64,000 nt of DNA from Callorhinchus milii. Lineage: Eukaryota. The DNA lies in contig NW_024704742.1 in the NCBI RefSeq assembly GCF_018977255.1, positions 7,690,001 to 7,754,000 on the forward strand, read 5' to 3'. Below, one piece after another: positions 39,784 to 52,702 of the stretch (position 1 is the stretch's first letter; every line of letters starts with the position of its first letter). The notes under the pieces were generated by a model. The model was not told the origin of the DNA. It searched no databases and saw only the letters and a list, made by a program, of their open reading frames with translations. The translations under genes were made by a program, and so were the position numbers.

Positions 39784-42136
39784 TAAAATCATTGGCTTAA
39801 AAAGTAAGATTTTGGAGTGTTTTGCAAAATTTTTATACGCATTCTTACACGACTGAGCTCTGAATATGTCTCATGGTCGTAGCCTTACAACCACCATCTT
39901 AAATTTAGGGTTATTTTGGACAATTCTTAAATTGAGTGCTAAATTGGAAAATATAAATCCTGCGGTTCTTCCACAGATCTGTAGAAAACCAACACCCAGA
40001 AAGTCAAACTCACTGTTAACACCATACTTTGCATCTCATCTTAAATAACAATAAAGTCAAATCCTTTTAAATTTATTCCGAAAGTCTGTTTCTAGCTAAT
40101 TTTGCAGCTATCTTGGAGAAATCAAGTCAATTGATCTATTTGGTTCAGAGAAAGTGAGATGTAATTACCATTATTACCACAAAAGCAGCCATTAAAACCG
40201 TACAGTATCAGTCTTGTTCAGTCACTCGACTTTACTGATAGTGTACCTTCGACATGGAGCACTTTGCGATCCAGACTCGCATACAGCTGCACAGTGCGAC
40301 CCATCGCCCCTTAAACCAATAACACGCCATTATCACGCATTTTCTACCATGTAATCAACAAATCTATTGCAACCTTCCATCAGATGAGGACCGGAGGCAG
40401 AGACTCCATGGTGCTGTGCTTCTCTGCACCTACAGAAAGCAGACACTACACACGACAATACCTGTGGCAGAACCGGCTCCCATGCGAGGCAATAAACACT
40501 CCTCTTTGGTTGTCTGATTTACAAAAAAAATTTAATCTGTTCATAATTTAAAAACTAATCATTTGGTCACTCAATAGACGGCTGTTTGTGGGACGCTGCT
40601 GTGTGCAATTGGCTGCCGCGTTTCGCCCACAAAATATACCGTCAATCTACTTTACAGTATTTCTCTGAAACGCTTTGAGACGTCTCAGCGATGTGATAAG
40701 GTGCTATACCAAGTGAAAGGATTATTATTCTTAACTTTAGTCAACTAGTAACAGCTTTGTTGCTCGAATGTACAATTTTCTAATCATTTTCCTAATAAAT
40801 CGACGTGAGAAATCTGCATTTTCATCGTCTATTTTTTACGGCACGTGTACTGATTTAATGCAGATAAAATACATATTCAGGTCTAGCTTCATAAAGACAA
40901 TGATGGATATAAATAGATACTTCTACTCCCAGATCTGTCCATCATTGGTTGTACAGTATTCTATCTGGTAGTTATGAAAAGTTTAAGTTGATCAACAAAA
41001 ACACTAATCTGCAAAATTTCAATTTGTAATCGAAACGCAGAATATGACAGAATAACGATGCTGCACTTTTTAAATGTTAGGGCATTTGGAGTTCTGCAGT
41101 GTAGTGGTTAGCAAAACTCGCATCCCAAGAGAGAGGACCTGGGTTCAACAAATGTAACATTTATGTGCTCAATTTACAAAAGGAGGCTTGTAATTTGTAA
41201 TTTACATTTTGCATCCACTAGAAAAACACTATTGAAACTCCGTCACTACCCCTCCATCCTTTCATCCACCGTGCAAGTCATCAATTATGCAAGTTTGTAG
41301 TACCGACGGAAGCCACTTATTGACTTTCACCCCTACACTTGAGCAAATGCACAAGAGGAACAAACGTTACTGCTCTGAAATACACAAGTAGACCTCCATT
41401 GAATCCCAGCACTTCCTCTGCACACAATGCTTTGGGTATTTGTTGGTGCGCGCAAATTCCTACCACTTCCTCTAAATACAATGGTGTTCGTGGGAAGGAG
41501 GGGGCAGAAGGAGAAGAAGGAATTACATGGCTGACATCAAGTACAGAATTTCCGACCACAAGTTGCTCCAAAAGTACTCTGCCAGCCAGTCATTTTGGTG
41601 GGATTTCAAAGGACAAGCTGACCTTCTTGTCTGACTTCAATAAGATAAAAATAGGAATTGTATATACATCCAAAACTCCAAAGCCCTTTTAAGCTGCTAA
41701 CTCGGTGAAGCTGCTGATTGAGCCATTTCAAGTGTTTGGTAATGACTCTCTTTAAACTTATTTACACAATCCCGAACTCTAGATGTTTAATGCCAAAGTT
41801 ATTTTATGGGCGAGGGGGGGAGGGAGTGGGGATAGTGCTATAAACAGGGTAGAAGGTCATTTACAAGTGCCACGGACATGTCGGTTTGGAAAGCAATTAA
41901 AGTTAGTTTGGAAAACCGCTAGCGTTGCGAACATTATCAGGGGTTTAAATTCTTATGGTAATGTCATTGGCCATAAATCTAAGCCTTCTCAAATAAAACA
42001 CTGCCAAACTGAACATCTGTTCCATCTCATCTCATGGACAGTGCCCCTAACAATCCACACACTGCTTCTGCTCTGTTTGTTGGAGTGCTTCTCCGCCCCC
42101 ACCCCCCCCCACCCCCACCCCGTTCACTTAAAAAAT

Positions 42137-42515
42137 GGAGCCCTCCAGCTTAGTGGTTAGGACGCTTGTCTCGCAAGCAAAAGGACCTGGATTTGATTCC
42201 CGGCAGGGCGAAACCTTGGGCAAGTTTCCTTACTCCGCCCGCTTCTGTTCACTTAGCTGTAAGTGGGAACCTGCTTGTTAGTCAATTGGAAGATCGCCTT
42301 TTCCAGAGTAACAATCCCTTCAAATTTTTTTTAAATAATAATTTGGTCACTCAATCCACGACTGTCTGTGGGGACGCTGCTGCGCGCAATTGGCTGCCGC
42401 GTTTCACCCACAAAACATACAGCCAATTCACTTTGCAGTATATTCTGTGAAGCGCTTTGAGACGTCTCGAAGACGTGATAAGACGCTGTATCAAATGCAA
42501 GGATTGTTACTATTG
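42137..42515 (+). mobile_element. tRNA-Ala SINE, long type, full length
   Basis: ggagccctccagcttagtggttagg head, ttgattcccggcagggcgaaaccttgggcaag, middle segment and tail. Confidence 0.88.
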
Positions 42516-44569
42516 TTTTAGATTTGCTAGTTTGATGAACTTTTGGAGCAAACGCCAGGAATTTGTGCTTCCGTATTTTTCAATGGTGATGGGCAGTCTG
42601 CTGAGACATGTGCTCTGAACACTAAGCTACAGAACTCCACGTAGTTTGGATCATTGACTGTTACATTCGAGACATTGTTTGCGAAGATTTTGTTGTCCGT
42701 TTGTGAATTGGCTACCGCGTTCACTTACAAATACATTGTCACTACACTTTAGAGTAATATCCTGTGAAGCACTTTGAGATATCTTGTCGATGTGATAAGG
42801 CACCATACCGAATGCAAGGATACTTTTATTATTATTTGACACCGTTATTTTCCTTATTACGTCTCCTAGATGTCTCAAAGCGCTTTGCAGGATATACCGT
42901 AAAGTGTGGTGACTTGTGTATTTTGCAGGCAAAAGTAGTCACCGCTGTCTGCACAGATTAAACTAAATATTACTCTTGCTCTATGTGATTAAATTACAGC
43001 TTGTTAACATCGATCATAATTAAGGAATTTCCACACAGAAATTCAGTTAGAGTGAAACTGATCTCTACGCAGATCTGGAAAGTATTGGGTTGAATTGCTG
43101 GATTATGCTGAATTGAGGTGATCTCAGGTGAATGGTATTAAGATCACCTTATCAGGAAAAAATAATCAACCAGGGTTTCCACTGATTGATATCTAGTGAT
43201 CTTACAATGAAAAATAAGATGTATGGATATCACATAACAGGATCAGGCCCAGCTCTGATAAATAGCCCATGATCAAAAAGCCGACAGTCTTTCTCAGGTT
43301 TTACACATATAACGTTGGTCGTAATAAAGTGTGTCATATTTGCATTTCGCCCACAAAATGCACAGTCACTACACTTTACAGTAATATCATGTGAAGCGCT
43401 TTGAGATGTCTCAACAACATGATGAGGGGCTATATGGAATGCAAGGATTATTATTATTGTTATTATTAAGATGACTTGTCATTGGATTGCTTTCTGCATT
43501 GTTACTTCCCATATGTATTGGGACACACTTAATATTAATTAATACTTGCATTTGATCTGGCACCTTATCACGTCTTCGAGACATCTCAAAGCGCTTCAAA
43601 GAATAGACTATAAAGTGAATTGACTGTATATTTTGTGGGTGAAACGCAGCAGCCAATTGCGCACAGACAGCAGCGTCCCACAAACATTCGTGGCTTGAGT
43701 GACCAAATTATTATTATTTTTTTTAAGGGATTATTTCTGTCATATTTTGCGAGAATTCCTGTTATAGCACAACACACAAGCAAGGTTGTAGGAGAAGTGA
43801 AAACATAAATCCAGAAGCAGTGGTTGGAAGACAGCAAACCTGGATTTTCAAAGGATTAATAGCAGGGCAGATTAGATGTGGTAAAATAGAAATTTCAGAG
43901 TTTCGAAGTCCTGGGAAATTACAGAGTTAAAGACAGTACATATTTCTGACCATGACTTCAGCATCCTCAGGAAGAAAATTAAGAGTGCTCTTGTCTTACT
44001 TTTACCCAGTAATGAGAAATAATGTGAACGGAGGGATTCAGGATGTAATAGAGAGGGTCTGTTTTTAACAGAATAATCTTCACATCCAAGTCCATGATTA
44101 TCTGAGAATTTTACTGATGCTTCATTTCTTTCTTTCTATTTGTCTTGGCATCTGCAGCAGGTTCTCGAGCTACGTACTGCGTGGAAAGAAAATGAATATT
44201 GCACAACCTGTTTTGCTGGGTGCTGTATTTGATATTAAACTGGTGCAATCTGAATAATAATGTGGCTCGTTGTTCGGAGTTTGCTCATTATTTGTCATAC
44301 ATTTACATAAAGCAAACGGCTTAATGTTGTGGGATTTTGACCATATGGGTAACGTAATTGACAAGGCCTCTGAGGACTTCAGATGTCTTCATGATTTAAA
44401 TTGGGAACTCCTGTGGGATTCCTGATGTCAGCAATGTACTCCTTGTGCTGGTTTCACAAATTTATAACCACATTGATGACTTTATGATGAATTGGCTTAT
44501 AGCAGTAAACAGCAAGCAGTGCCCAACTCCTCCATCCCAGGCAACACTGCAGAGGAGTAACAATTCATT

Positions 44570-45220
44570 GATAGAAAACGTGGAGTTCTACAGCACAGAA
44601 GGAGGCCATTCGGCCCATCGAGTCCACACCATCCTGCTTTATCCCCATACTCCTTCAAGCCTTTCTCTTTTATTTTTTGCCCACAAAATAGACGGTCAAC
44701 TCACTTTACATTATATGCTGTGAAGCGCTTTGAAACGTCTGAAGATGTGATAAGGCGCAACATCAAAGCAAGGATTATTATTATTAACAATATTATATCC
44801 GTGTCTACATCCCGCTTGAAAGCTACAATGGACTCCACCTCCACCATCCTACTCGGCTGTACATTCCACAACCCAACTACTCTCTGGATGAAAAAATCCT
44901 CCTAAATTCTCCTTTCGCTATTTTTGTGGCTATTTGGAAATATCCCCCCAAGTCACTGACTCCCCTATCAATGATATAACTCCCTATTTACCCAAACAAA
45001 ACCCCTCAGAATTTTGCAACCGTTTATCAGATCCCCCTCAAACTTCTCTGTTCCAATGAAAACAGACCGAGCTTCTCCAATCTCTTCTCGTAACTGTGGC
45101 CCTTCATCCCCGGAATCACTCTCGTAAACTTCCTCTGCACCCACTCTAAAGGCCGTAACATCTTTCCTGAAGTGAGGTGCCCAAAACTGGACACACAGCA
45201 CTCCAGTTGTGCCTAACCAA
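44570..45220 (-). mobile_element. CR1 LINE 3' fragment interrupted by a SINE tail (about 44677-44785)
   Basis: ORF 44968-45201 begins CVQFWAPHFRKDV and ends GDLINGCKILRGF (CR1 ORF2 C-terminus); tail acagcacagaaggaggccattcggcccatcgagtc. Confidence 0.85.
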
Positions 45221-45516
45221 TCATTTATATAACGTATTGATGCGAGGACACTAGAGGATGCTACAAGACATAGAGTCCTCTGTTGGCAATCTTGTCAATT
45301 TAACCATTTAAGCAATCAAGAAGCCTTTCACCATTTTCTTTCGTAGAATGTAAGCAGCTGACAATTTCTGTCTGGTGTCGGATGTCCAAAATGAAATACA
45401 GTCTGAGAGACCATTTTGCCTTATTATTGAACGCAGCGCAGAATTGTGGAAAACGCTTAAATTCAGTTTTAATAAGTTCGGTTTCGCACAGTTCTTATAA
45501 AGAACCAGCTTCTTTA

Positions 45517-45870
45517 TCCTGTCGCTCAGTGGTAAGAGCACTCGCCTCGCTTGGAAGAGGACCTGGGTTCAATTCCCGGGCAGGGGGAATCTTAGGCAAC
45601 TTCCCTTACTCCACACGCCTCTGTTTACCTGCCAGTAAGTAGGAACCCGCTTATTAGTCGATTGGCAGATCGCTTTCCGGGGTAATAATCCCTCCAAAAA
45701 AATAATAATCCACGACAGTTTGTGGGACGCTGCTGTGCGCAACTGGCTGCTGCGTTTTGCCCTCAAAATATACAGTCAATTCACTTTACAGTATATTCTG
45801 TGAAGCACTTTGAGACGTCTCGAAGACGCGATAAGGCGCTATATCAAATGCAAGGATTATTATTACTATT
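45517..45870 (+). mobile_element. tRNA-Ala SINE, long type, full length
   Basis: tcctgtcgctcagtggtaagagcactcgc head, gggttcaattccc B box, middle segment and tail. Confidence 0.88.
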
Positions 45871-46544
45871 ATATGTTATATGGACAGCACAAATCTTTCT
45901 GAACACACTGTCTGGCGTAAAGGTAAAATTCAGAGTCCTTTATGCTTTGTTTTCCTTTCTGAAGAATAGTTGGATATTCAAGGAAATCAATCGGGAATTG
46001 AGTATGTATGCCACAACTTGACAATTGCTCCTAGCTGCTACATAATGAGCAAGCACCAACAAGAAAATTACACACAAACAATAATTGATCCTATTTGGAT
46101 ATCATCTAAATTCTGCATCCCATGAGAATAGCTGCTGAAAAACCGTAAACCACTAGTTTTTTTCCCCCCGTCTATTACATTTGTCTTCCTTTATGTCTCC
46201 ACAAACTATGATTGGAGATAATAGTTCTGCTGGGAAAATAATCTGATATAAAAGTCTGTGCTTAAATCTCAATTTGAATTTGAACGGTGAACTCTATTCA
46301 GACGGTAGCTTGGAATGTGGAATTCTATGGCACAAAATTGTTGAGGGAGAGTCCATAAATTATTCTAAATGAGTATTATACAGATGCTATCCTAGCTCAC
46401 TCAGCACTCAACAGAGATCCTCCCTATTTATAGGGCACTCAAGGAACCAATTAGTACATTTATATTGCTCCCGACACCCCCTGTTTGGGTTTGAAGCGCT
46501 TTGAGACGTCTTCCTGCAAATGCAAATTGTTTTGCATTGCATCA

Positions 46545-47069
46545 ACCTGCTTTCATTCAGAACTCTGCAGCTCGTGTACTGTCCCGCACCAGGCTTCGCG
46601 ACCACATCACTCCCACCCTCGTTCGCCTCCACTGGCTCCCCATCCCCCAGAGGATCGAATTCAAAATCCTCATCCTCACCTACAAGGCCATTCACGGCCT
46701 CGCTCCCTCTTACCTCTCCGACCTACTATCCCCCTACCTACCTGCCCGTACCCTCCGTTCCTCTGGCTCCGGTCTGCTCCACACCCCCTGCCCCAACCGC
46801 CCTACCATCGGTGGCCGGGCCTTCAGCCTCTCAGCCCTGAGGCTCCGGAACTCCATCCCCCAGTGCCTTCACCGCTTCCTCCCTCAAGGCCGGTCTCAAG
46901 ATCTTTCTCTTCAACCGTGCCTTCACCTCCCCTCTCAACCCCCTCCTCGCTCCATCCCTTTCCTCCCCTCACCCTAACCATTTCCCCCTGCTCAGGTCCC
47001 GACCCAACTGTTTAGCGCCTTGGGACGTAAAAGGCGCTCTATAAATGCAATCTTGTTGTTGTTGTTGTT
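46545..47069 (+). mobile_element. L2 LINE 3' fragment
   Basis: IQNSAARVLSRTRLRDHITPTLVRLHWLPIPQRIEFKILILTYKAIHGLAPSYLSDLLSPY..TIGGRAFS; (ttg)n tail. Confidence 0.9.
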
Positions 47070-47074
47070 TTGAT

Positions 47075-47775
47075 ACAGGCTCGTAACATCTAAACATTTA
47101 AAGTGCTTCGCAGGGAATTTCTGTAAAGTATGGTGACTGTATTTGTACACAAAAGCGGCAGTCAATTCATGCACAGCAAAGTCCCATAGATAGCTGTCAA
47201 CAACAACAGCAACTTGCATTTAAACAGCATTCTTCACAAGGGGTGACATCTCAGAATGCTTGAACCAATAAACAATAAACTTCTGTCTCTTTTTGAAGAG
47301 ATGTCACTTTTTACCGTCCACCTGAACAGGCAGACAGGACTTTAATTTAAGCTCTCATCCGAAGGGCAGTAGTTCCAGCAATGCAGTGCTCCCTGGCACT
47401 GCAGTATCAGCCAAACTATATTAATAAGAATAATCTTTGCATTTGATATAGTGCCTTGTTGAGACATCTCAAAGCGCTTCACAGGATATACTGTAAACTG
47501 GATTGGGCATAAAGCTGCAGCCAATTGGGCACAACAATGTCCCATAAACATCCCTCGAGTGAATGACTAAATTTGTTTGGGGATTATTGGCCAGGACACT
47601 GGGAGAAATTCCCTTCTCTTTTCAAAAAGTGACATGGAATCTTTAACGTCCAACTGAACAGGCAGATGGGACCTCAGTTTAACATCTCTTCCGAAAGCCG
47701 ATGCCTCCGACAACGCAACACACTCCGACAACAACAAACTATGTTTGTGTAGCGTCAAGACAACGGCAGCCAATT
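47075..47775 (-). mobile_element. Cluster of DeuSINE-like fragments
   Basis: Two cores cgtcca.ctgaacaggcaga at about 47315 and 47648 with interleaved tails. Confidence 0.7.
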
Positions 47776-50262
47776 TCCTGGATTATTAGATCTTTAATAT
47801 TCCAGGAAAATAAGACACTCTACCGCCTCTAGATGGAGTAATTTGTGATCCCATCTCAGGGGAAAAAAACATATTAAAAGAGCTACCCTTTCTGGTTCAT
47901 GCACATTGGCTTGTGGGGCTCAACTAAAGTTAATAGTCAGTGGAGACAAAAATTAAAACACCAATGAAAATGGGGGAGAAAGAGGCCAGATTACTTTTTT
48001 TTACAGAATACACTGAATGTTAGTTTGAATGCCTATCCTCGTGCACAGAGCAAATTGGCCAGCCTCCTGTAACCCTATCCTCAATAAGATCCAAATGTAA
48101 ACGGCAAAAATATTTGATCAGAAACTCTGATTCAACTCAAATTGGGAGCTCTTCAGATTTTTTTTTTGCACGAGAACGGATGCAAGCCTCTCACTCCAGA
48201 GGTTTATGGACCAATCAATTTCTCCGTGAACCCCCTATGTTCGTAATACCACGTGCGATTTATAATGCGCTAGATCTACAAAGATAAGATTGGTTCCATC
48301 TATTTTGGCAACTCGTTTGCGAGGCCGATGCTCAAACCACTAAGCTACAGGACTCCATAGTGCAATCTCAAATGAGGACAGCGTCAAACTCAGTTGTGTT
48401 GCCACTTGCGATGGAATAGCCCCTCAGCTTGGGGGAATCACCGTTAACCACCATTAGTTTACAGGTTGTACACGAGTTGCTTCTTTAAACAAGATGAAAA
48501 ATCAAACCCATCCTTCAGGTAACACAGTAAACCGAGACTCTATCTGCGTTCAGGTCTATATTAAAGATCCCATAACACTACTGCAAAAGAGATGAGAGTT
48601 TCTCACGGTGTCCTGGCCAATAGTCCCCTGGGTAAAATTGGTCATTTACTTGATGACTGTTGTGGGATATTCAATACACAGTCACTACACTCCACAGTAA
48701 ATGCTGGGAACTGCTTTGGGATGTCTTGTGGCGATGTGATCAGGTGCTATACCAAATGCAATTATTATTATTACAAAACCGTGATACAGTTAACGAGTGT
48801 ATAATGAAGGGATTTTACTCGAACTTTGCACTGTTAGACATTTATTCTTTACCAGGAATTCAAGGTTAACAGTTAACAGTTTTGTTCTGTTCCAATCTTA
48901 TTATTGTTTATCGACCTGCCTGGTTATATCAGACACTGTAAGAAAGCAACAGGAGGCAGTGAGGTCAATTAAAGAAGATAATAATGGAAAAAATACAACA
49001 AAAACTGATAAGCATTTTCCAAAATGATTTGCACAACTGAATAACGTGTCAAAAGGATAGTGCTACCATGTCAGTAGTGAAGAGCTGACAAAAAAGGCAG
49101 CGGTCAGAATGTCTGAATGATATGATCTGTGTTTCCACTGAATGGAACATTTATCCTCTATCATCAAAAGAGCTCCAATCACTGTATTCCAACTTTGAAA
49201 AGAGTGTTGCTGCCTGCTGAAAAATTTCAATCTTCCCAGTTAAAGTGCAAATTTTGCAGCGTGTAGATCAAAAGAAATAAAAATACAAAATAATAATAAT
49301 CCTTGCACTTGACGCAGCGCATTATCAAGTCTTCGATACATCTCGAAACACTTCACAGAATATACTGTAAGGTATAAACAGTGCATCTGTTGTGACATTT
49401 ATTTGCTGTGATGAGGCAAATTTGACCTCATTCAGAACACAAATACATTACGTATACTATCCAAACAATAACAAGACCTCTCAAGCCTGCTCTTGAAATC
49501 TCCACGACAAAAATACTTAAGAGTTGGGGGGGAAGCTAAAAATCATGCTTTCGGCCAAGAAGAAACTTATTCCCAATCTCAAAATGCTTCAGTAAAAAAA
49601 AATGTCAATCCTAGTCCACCCAGCCAACAAAATGTGTAATGTCCTGCCCATATTCCGTTCCATAATTACAAATTTATAGTCTTGAGTTTTGGCAAAATTA
49701 ATACCGCTCATCCTTACACACAGAGACTATTATACCCACATTATCCAATAATTTAAAACAGCATAAACCCAAAATATTGCACCCCACTGGTGAGATAAAT
49801 GGAACCTTATATGCCGATTTTCCTAAAGAAAGAGGATTATTTGCATAGGAAGGATACAGTTACAAGGTGGGTACAAAGACCCGAATTAGACAAACTAAAT
49901 TAGGTTAACGCCTGTATCTTGTTTAAAGGGGTCCAGTGCCTGCCATGTTGCATTTATACATCAGCTGCAATTGCACCAACTGTATTTCCTCTACGACTTC
50001 CAACAGCCCATCGCTGGGAATAAGATTACACTGGAAGGGTTAAAGCTAATTTGCCCAGTAACAGAACCTGCCTTTGGTTAAGTCTTGCGCAAAAATGCAA
50101 ACTCAAGACTTATTTATGACATGATTCTCATTTCCTCCCCCACCCCACCCGACTCCGCTACTCGGCAAAGAATTTCTCCAGGGAATTTCAGACCTTGAAA
50201 TGTACCTTGAACGCTTGGGCTGCTAATGCAGGTTGTGGTAAAGAGCGCACTGAAAGACTTAC

Positions 50263-50327
50263 CCCATTCTTCGGGTAGGCTATCCATCCCAGTTCTCCCA
50301 TTACGGCTCTGGAGTCCAATAAATTAA
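50263..50327 (-). CDS. EPHA5: Eph receptor A5-like, coding exon 2
   Basis: Minus strand reads tttgctcttgcag|TTAATTTATTGGACTCCAGAGCCGTAATGGGAGAACTGGGATGGATAGCCTACCCGAAGAATGGG|gtaagt, i.e. (V)[21 protein letters not shown], the Eph exon 2 motif. 65 bp, ends in phase 0 and joins exon 3 in frame (NG-WEE). Confidence 0.93.
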
Positions 50328-50599
50328 CTGCAAGAGCAAAGAACAAAACAATCAGCCAAATTTACATTAATTCTGAGCTGCTGACAGGACCAGCTGTCGA
50401 GCAAGTCGGAGAAACCTTCTGAAGGAAAGTATCAACAGTTTAAAACCACGCATTTATTTGGCTTAAGGAAAGGACATCATTTCTCATTTGGGTTTTGTAA
50501 GCGCATCCATCGTTCATTGTGACGGGAACATTTTGTTTTCGGAAAGAAAAAACAAGAATATCTAAATACCATACTTTAACAAAAATATTTTATTAATAA

Positions 50600-50999
50600 T
50601 AATGATGATGATGATAATAATTCCTGTATTTGATATCAGGCTTTTCACGTCAGGACATCTTAACAACAAGGACAACAAGATTACATTTGTATATTAAAGC
50701 ACTTAACAAGACAAGGAGTTAATGTAGTGACTGTGTATTTTCTTATGCACATGTGGCAGCCAATTATACAACAAAGAGCCATGAAATGAATGATCAATTT
50801 TATCGGAGGTGGGGGGGGGGGAGGGGGGCGGGGGTTGCTGCCCTGGACACCAACAGAAACTCTCTTCTTTTTTTCCCCAAATAATGCTATCTCTAATTTA
50901 CACCCCCCTCCCACCCCACCAACCCAGCACTGTATTGGAGTGTCAGCCAAGACTGTGGGTTCAAAGTCCCGACATAGGGAGAGAGATGAGAGTGCTACT
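50600..50999 (-). mobile_element. Long DeuSINE-like element, head-to-head with an Ala-SINE
   Basis: ccctggacaccaacagaaactctc..cagcactgtattggagtgtcagcc..gagagtgctac. Confidence 0.7.
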
Positions 51000-51367
51000 G
51001 TGGAGTCCTGTAGCTCAGTGGTTAGAGCATTCGGCTCGCAAGCAAGAGACACGAGTTCGATTCCCGGCAGGGCAAAATGTTGGGCAAGTTTCCGTACTCC
51101 ACACGCCTCTGTTTACCCAGCATTAAGTAGGAACCCAGTTGTTGGTCGATTGGTGGATCGTTTTTCCGGGGCTAATAATTCCTTAAAAAAAATAATAATA
51201 AATTGGTCACTTCAATCAGCGACTGTTTGTGGGACGCGGCTGTGCATAATTGGCTGCCGTGTTTTGCCCACAAAATATACAGTCACTAGACTTCATAGTA
51301 TATTTGGGACATCTCGAAGATGTGATAAGGCGCTATATCAAATGCAAGGATTATTATATTATTATTA
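51000..51367 (+). mobile_element. tRNA-Ala SINE, long type, full length
   Basis: gtggagtcctgtagctcagtggttagagc, gagttcgattccc B box, complete middle segment and tail. Confidence 0.9.
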
Positions 51368-51721
51368 CTAACCATAGTGGGTGGTTAGGGCTAGAGGGGG
51401 CTCAGACCACATCCCTTTAGGGGGAGTTGGGAAGGGAAAGCCCTGAGTCCTGAGGACTGGATAGCCAATCCCCCAACCCATGAGCCCCTTCTTGCCCATC
51501 TCCCAATTCCTTGTTGGTGCCCGCCCTCTTCTGGTCTGACTGGCTGCTCGACTCACTTCTAATCGGCTGATGGACCTGTCAGTCAAGTCAATGACTCACC
51601 CGTCTTAAAGGGGACCAACCGTTTAACTGAGATTTACTCAGNCCCCCCCTATTCCCCACCCACAAATATTTTCACCCGCCACCCTTGCTACCAACTGAAC
51701 AAAGTTGACACAAAGTTGTCC

Positions 51722-51959
51722 TTAAAGATCCCATGCCACGATTCAAAAAGAGAAGGGGTGAAAGAGAATTTCTTTTGGTGTCCTGGCCAAAATTCCCGGA
51801 TAAAATTGATCGTTCACTACATGGCTGTTTGGGGGACTTTGCTGTGTGCAAGTTGGCTGCTGTTTTCAACCTACAAAATACGCAATGACTGCACTTTACA
51901 GTAAATCCTGAGAAGCTCTTTGAGCGTTTATATCAATTGCAAGGATTATTATTATTATT
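51722..51959 (+). mobile_element. DeuSINE-like 3' half
   Basis: ttaaagatcccatgccacgattcaaaaagagaagggg..ggtgtcctggccaa..tail. Confidence 0.8.
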
Positions 51960-52702
51960 CTTTTTTTTGTGCTTTCTTAGCAATTTAACGTTGGATTTGA
52001 CAGTGCTAATAACAAGACAACTCAAACAGCTTAAAAAAAATACTAAATTTTCCCAGTTCAAATTTAAGAGAAAGAAAAATGTAATTCAGACCCTTTTTTT
52101 CCCGCATGCTTGATAATCTATGCAAGCCTAGTTTTATTCTATTGATCGCCTTCCCTTCCTGTCTTCTCTCACTTTTCTCCCCCCCCCTCCCCCCCGACCA
52201 CCTACACAATCTAAAACCCCCTAAAAAAACCTCCCCAAACTTCCCCCGCCAATGCCCCCACTCGCATCAGCCTCCAAAATGTCCGCTCCCTCTCAAATAA
52301 AGTCCCCCTCGTCAGAATCCGCCACTGTCAAGCACTACGGGACTTTACCCCACGTGAAGGACGCAATCTTAACGCAAGTTGTTGTGGTGGTTGTTATCCG
52401 GGTTACCTTCTGTCACACAGACAGCAGCGTGAGTTGATTCGGAGGAAAAAAAGTAAAGCTTTCCAGCAGTATTTTACCATCACAACATTTGGCTTGGAAC
52501 GCCTGCTTTACAGCTGGATATTTTCCAGATTTAATATCTAAAACCATATAGCCATTATTTTTGAAGCATGAAGAACAATGCAGGAGAAATCTTTGTGGGA
52601 ATTAGAATGCCAGCGATGCCACAATTAAGTTTAATGTAAGATGTGTGCAGCGCAAGAAATGTGTATTGGGGAATACTGCAGTTAGTGTATATAGGTAACT
52701 AC

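Noticed and set aside
40396..40418. REST/RE1 site (tccatggtgctg)
   Set aside because: Only one half matches the 21-bp consensus.
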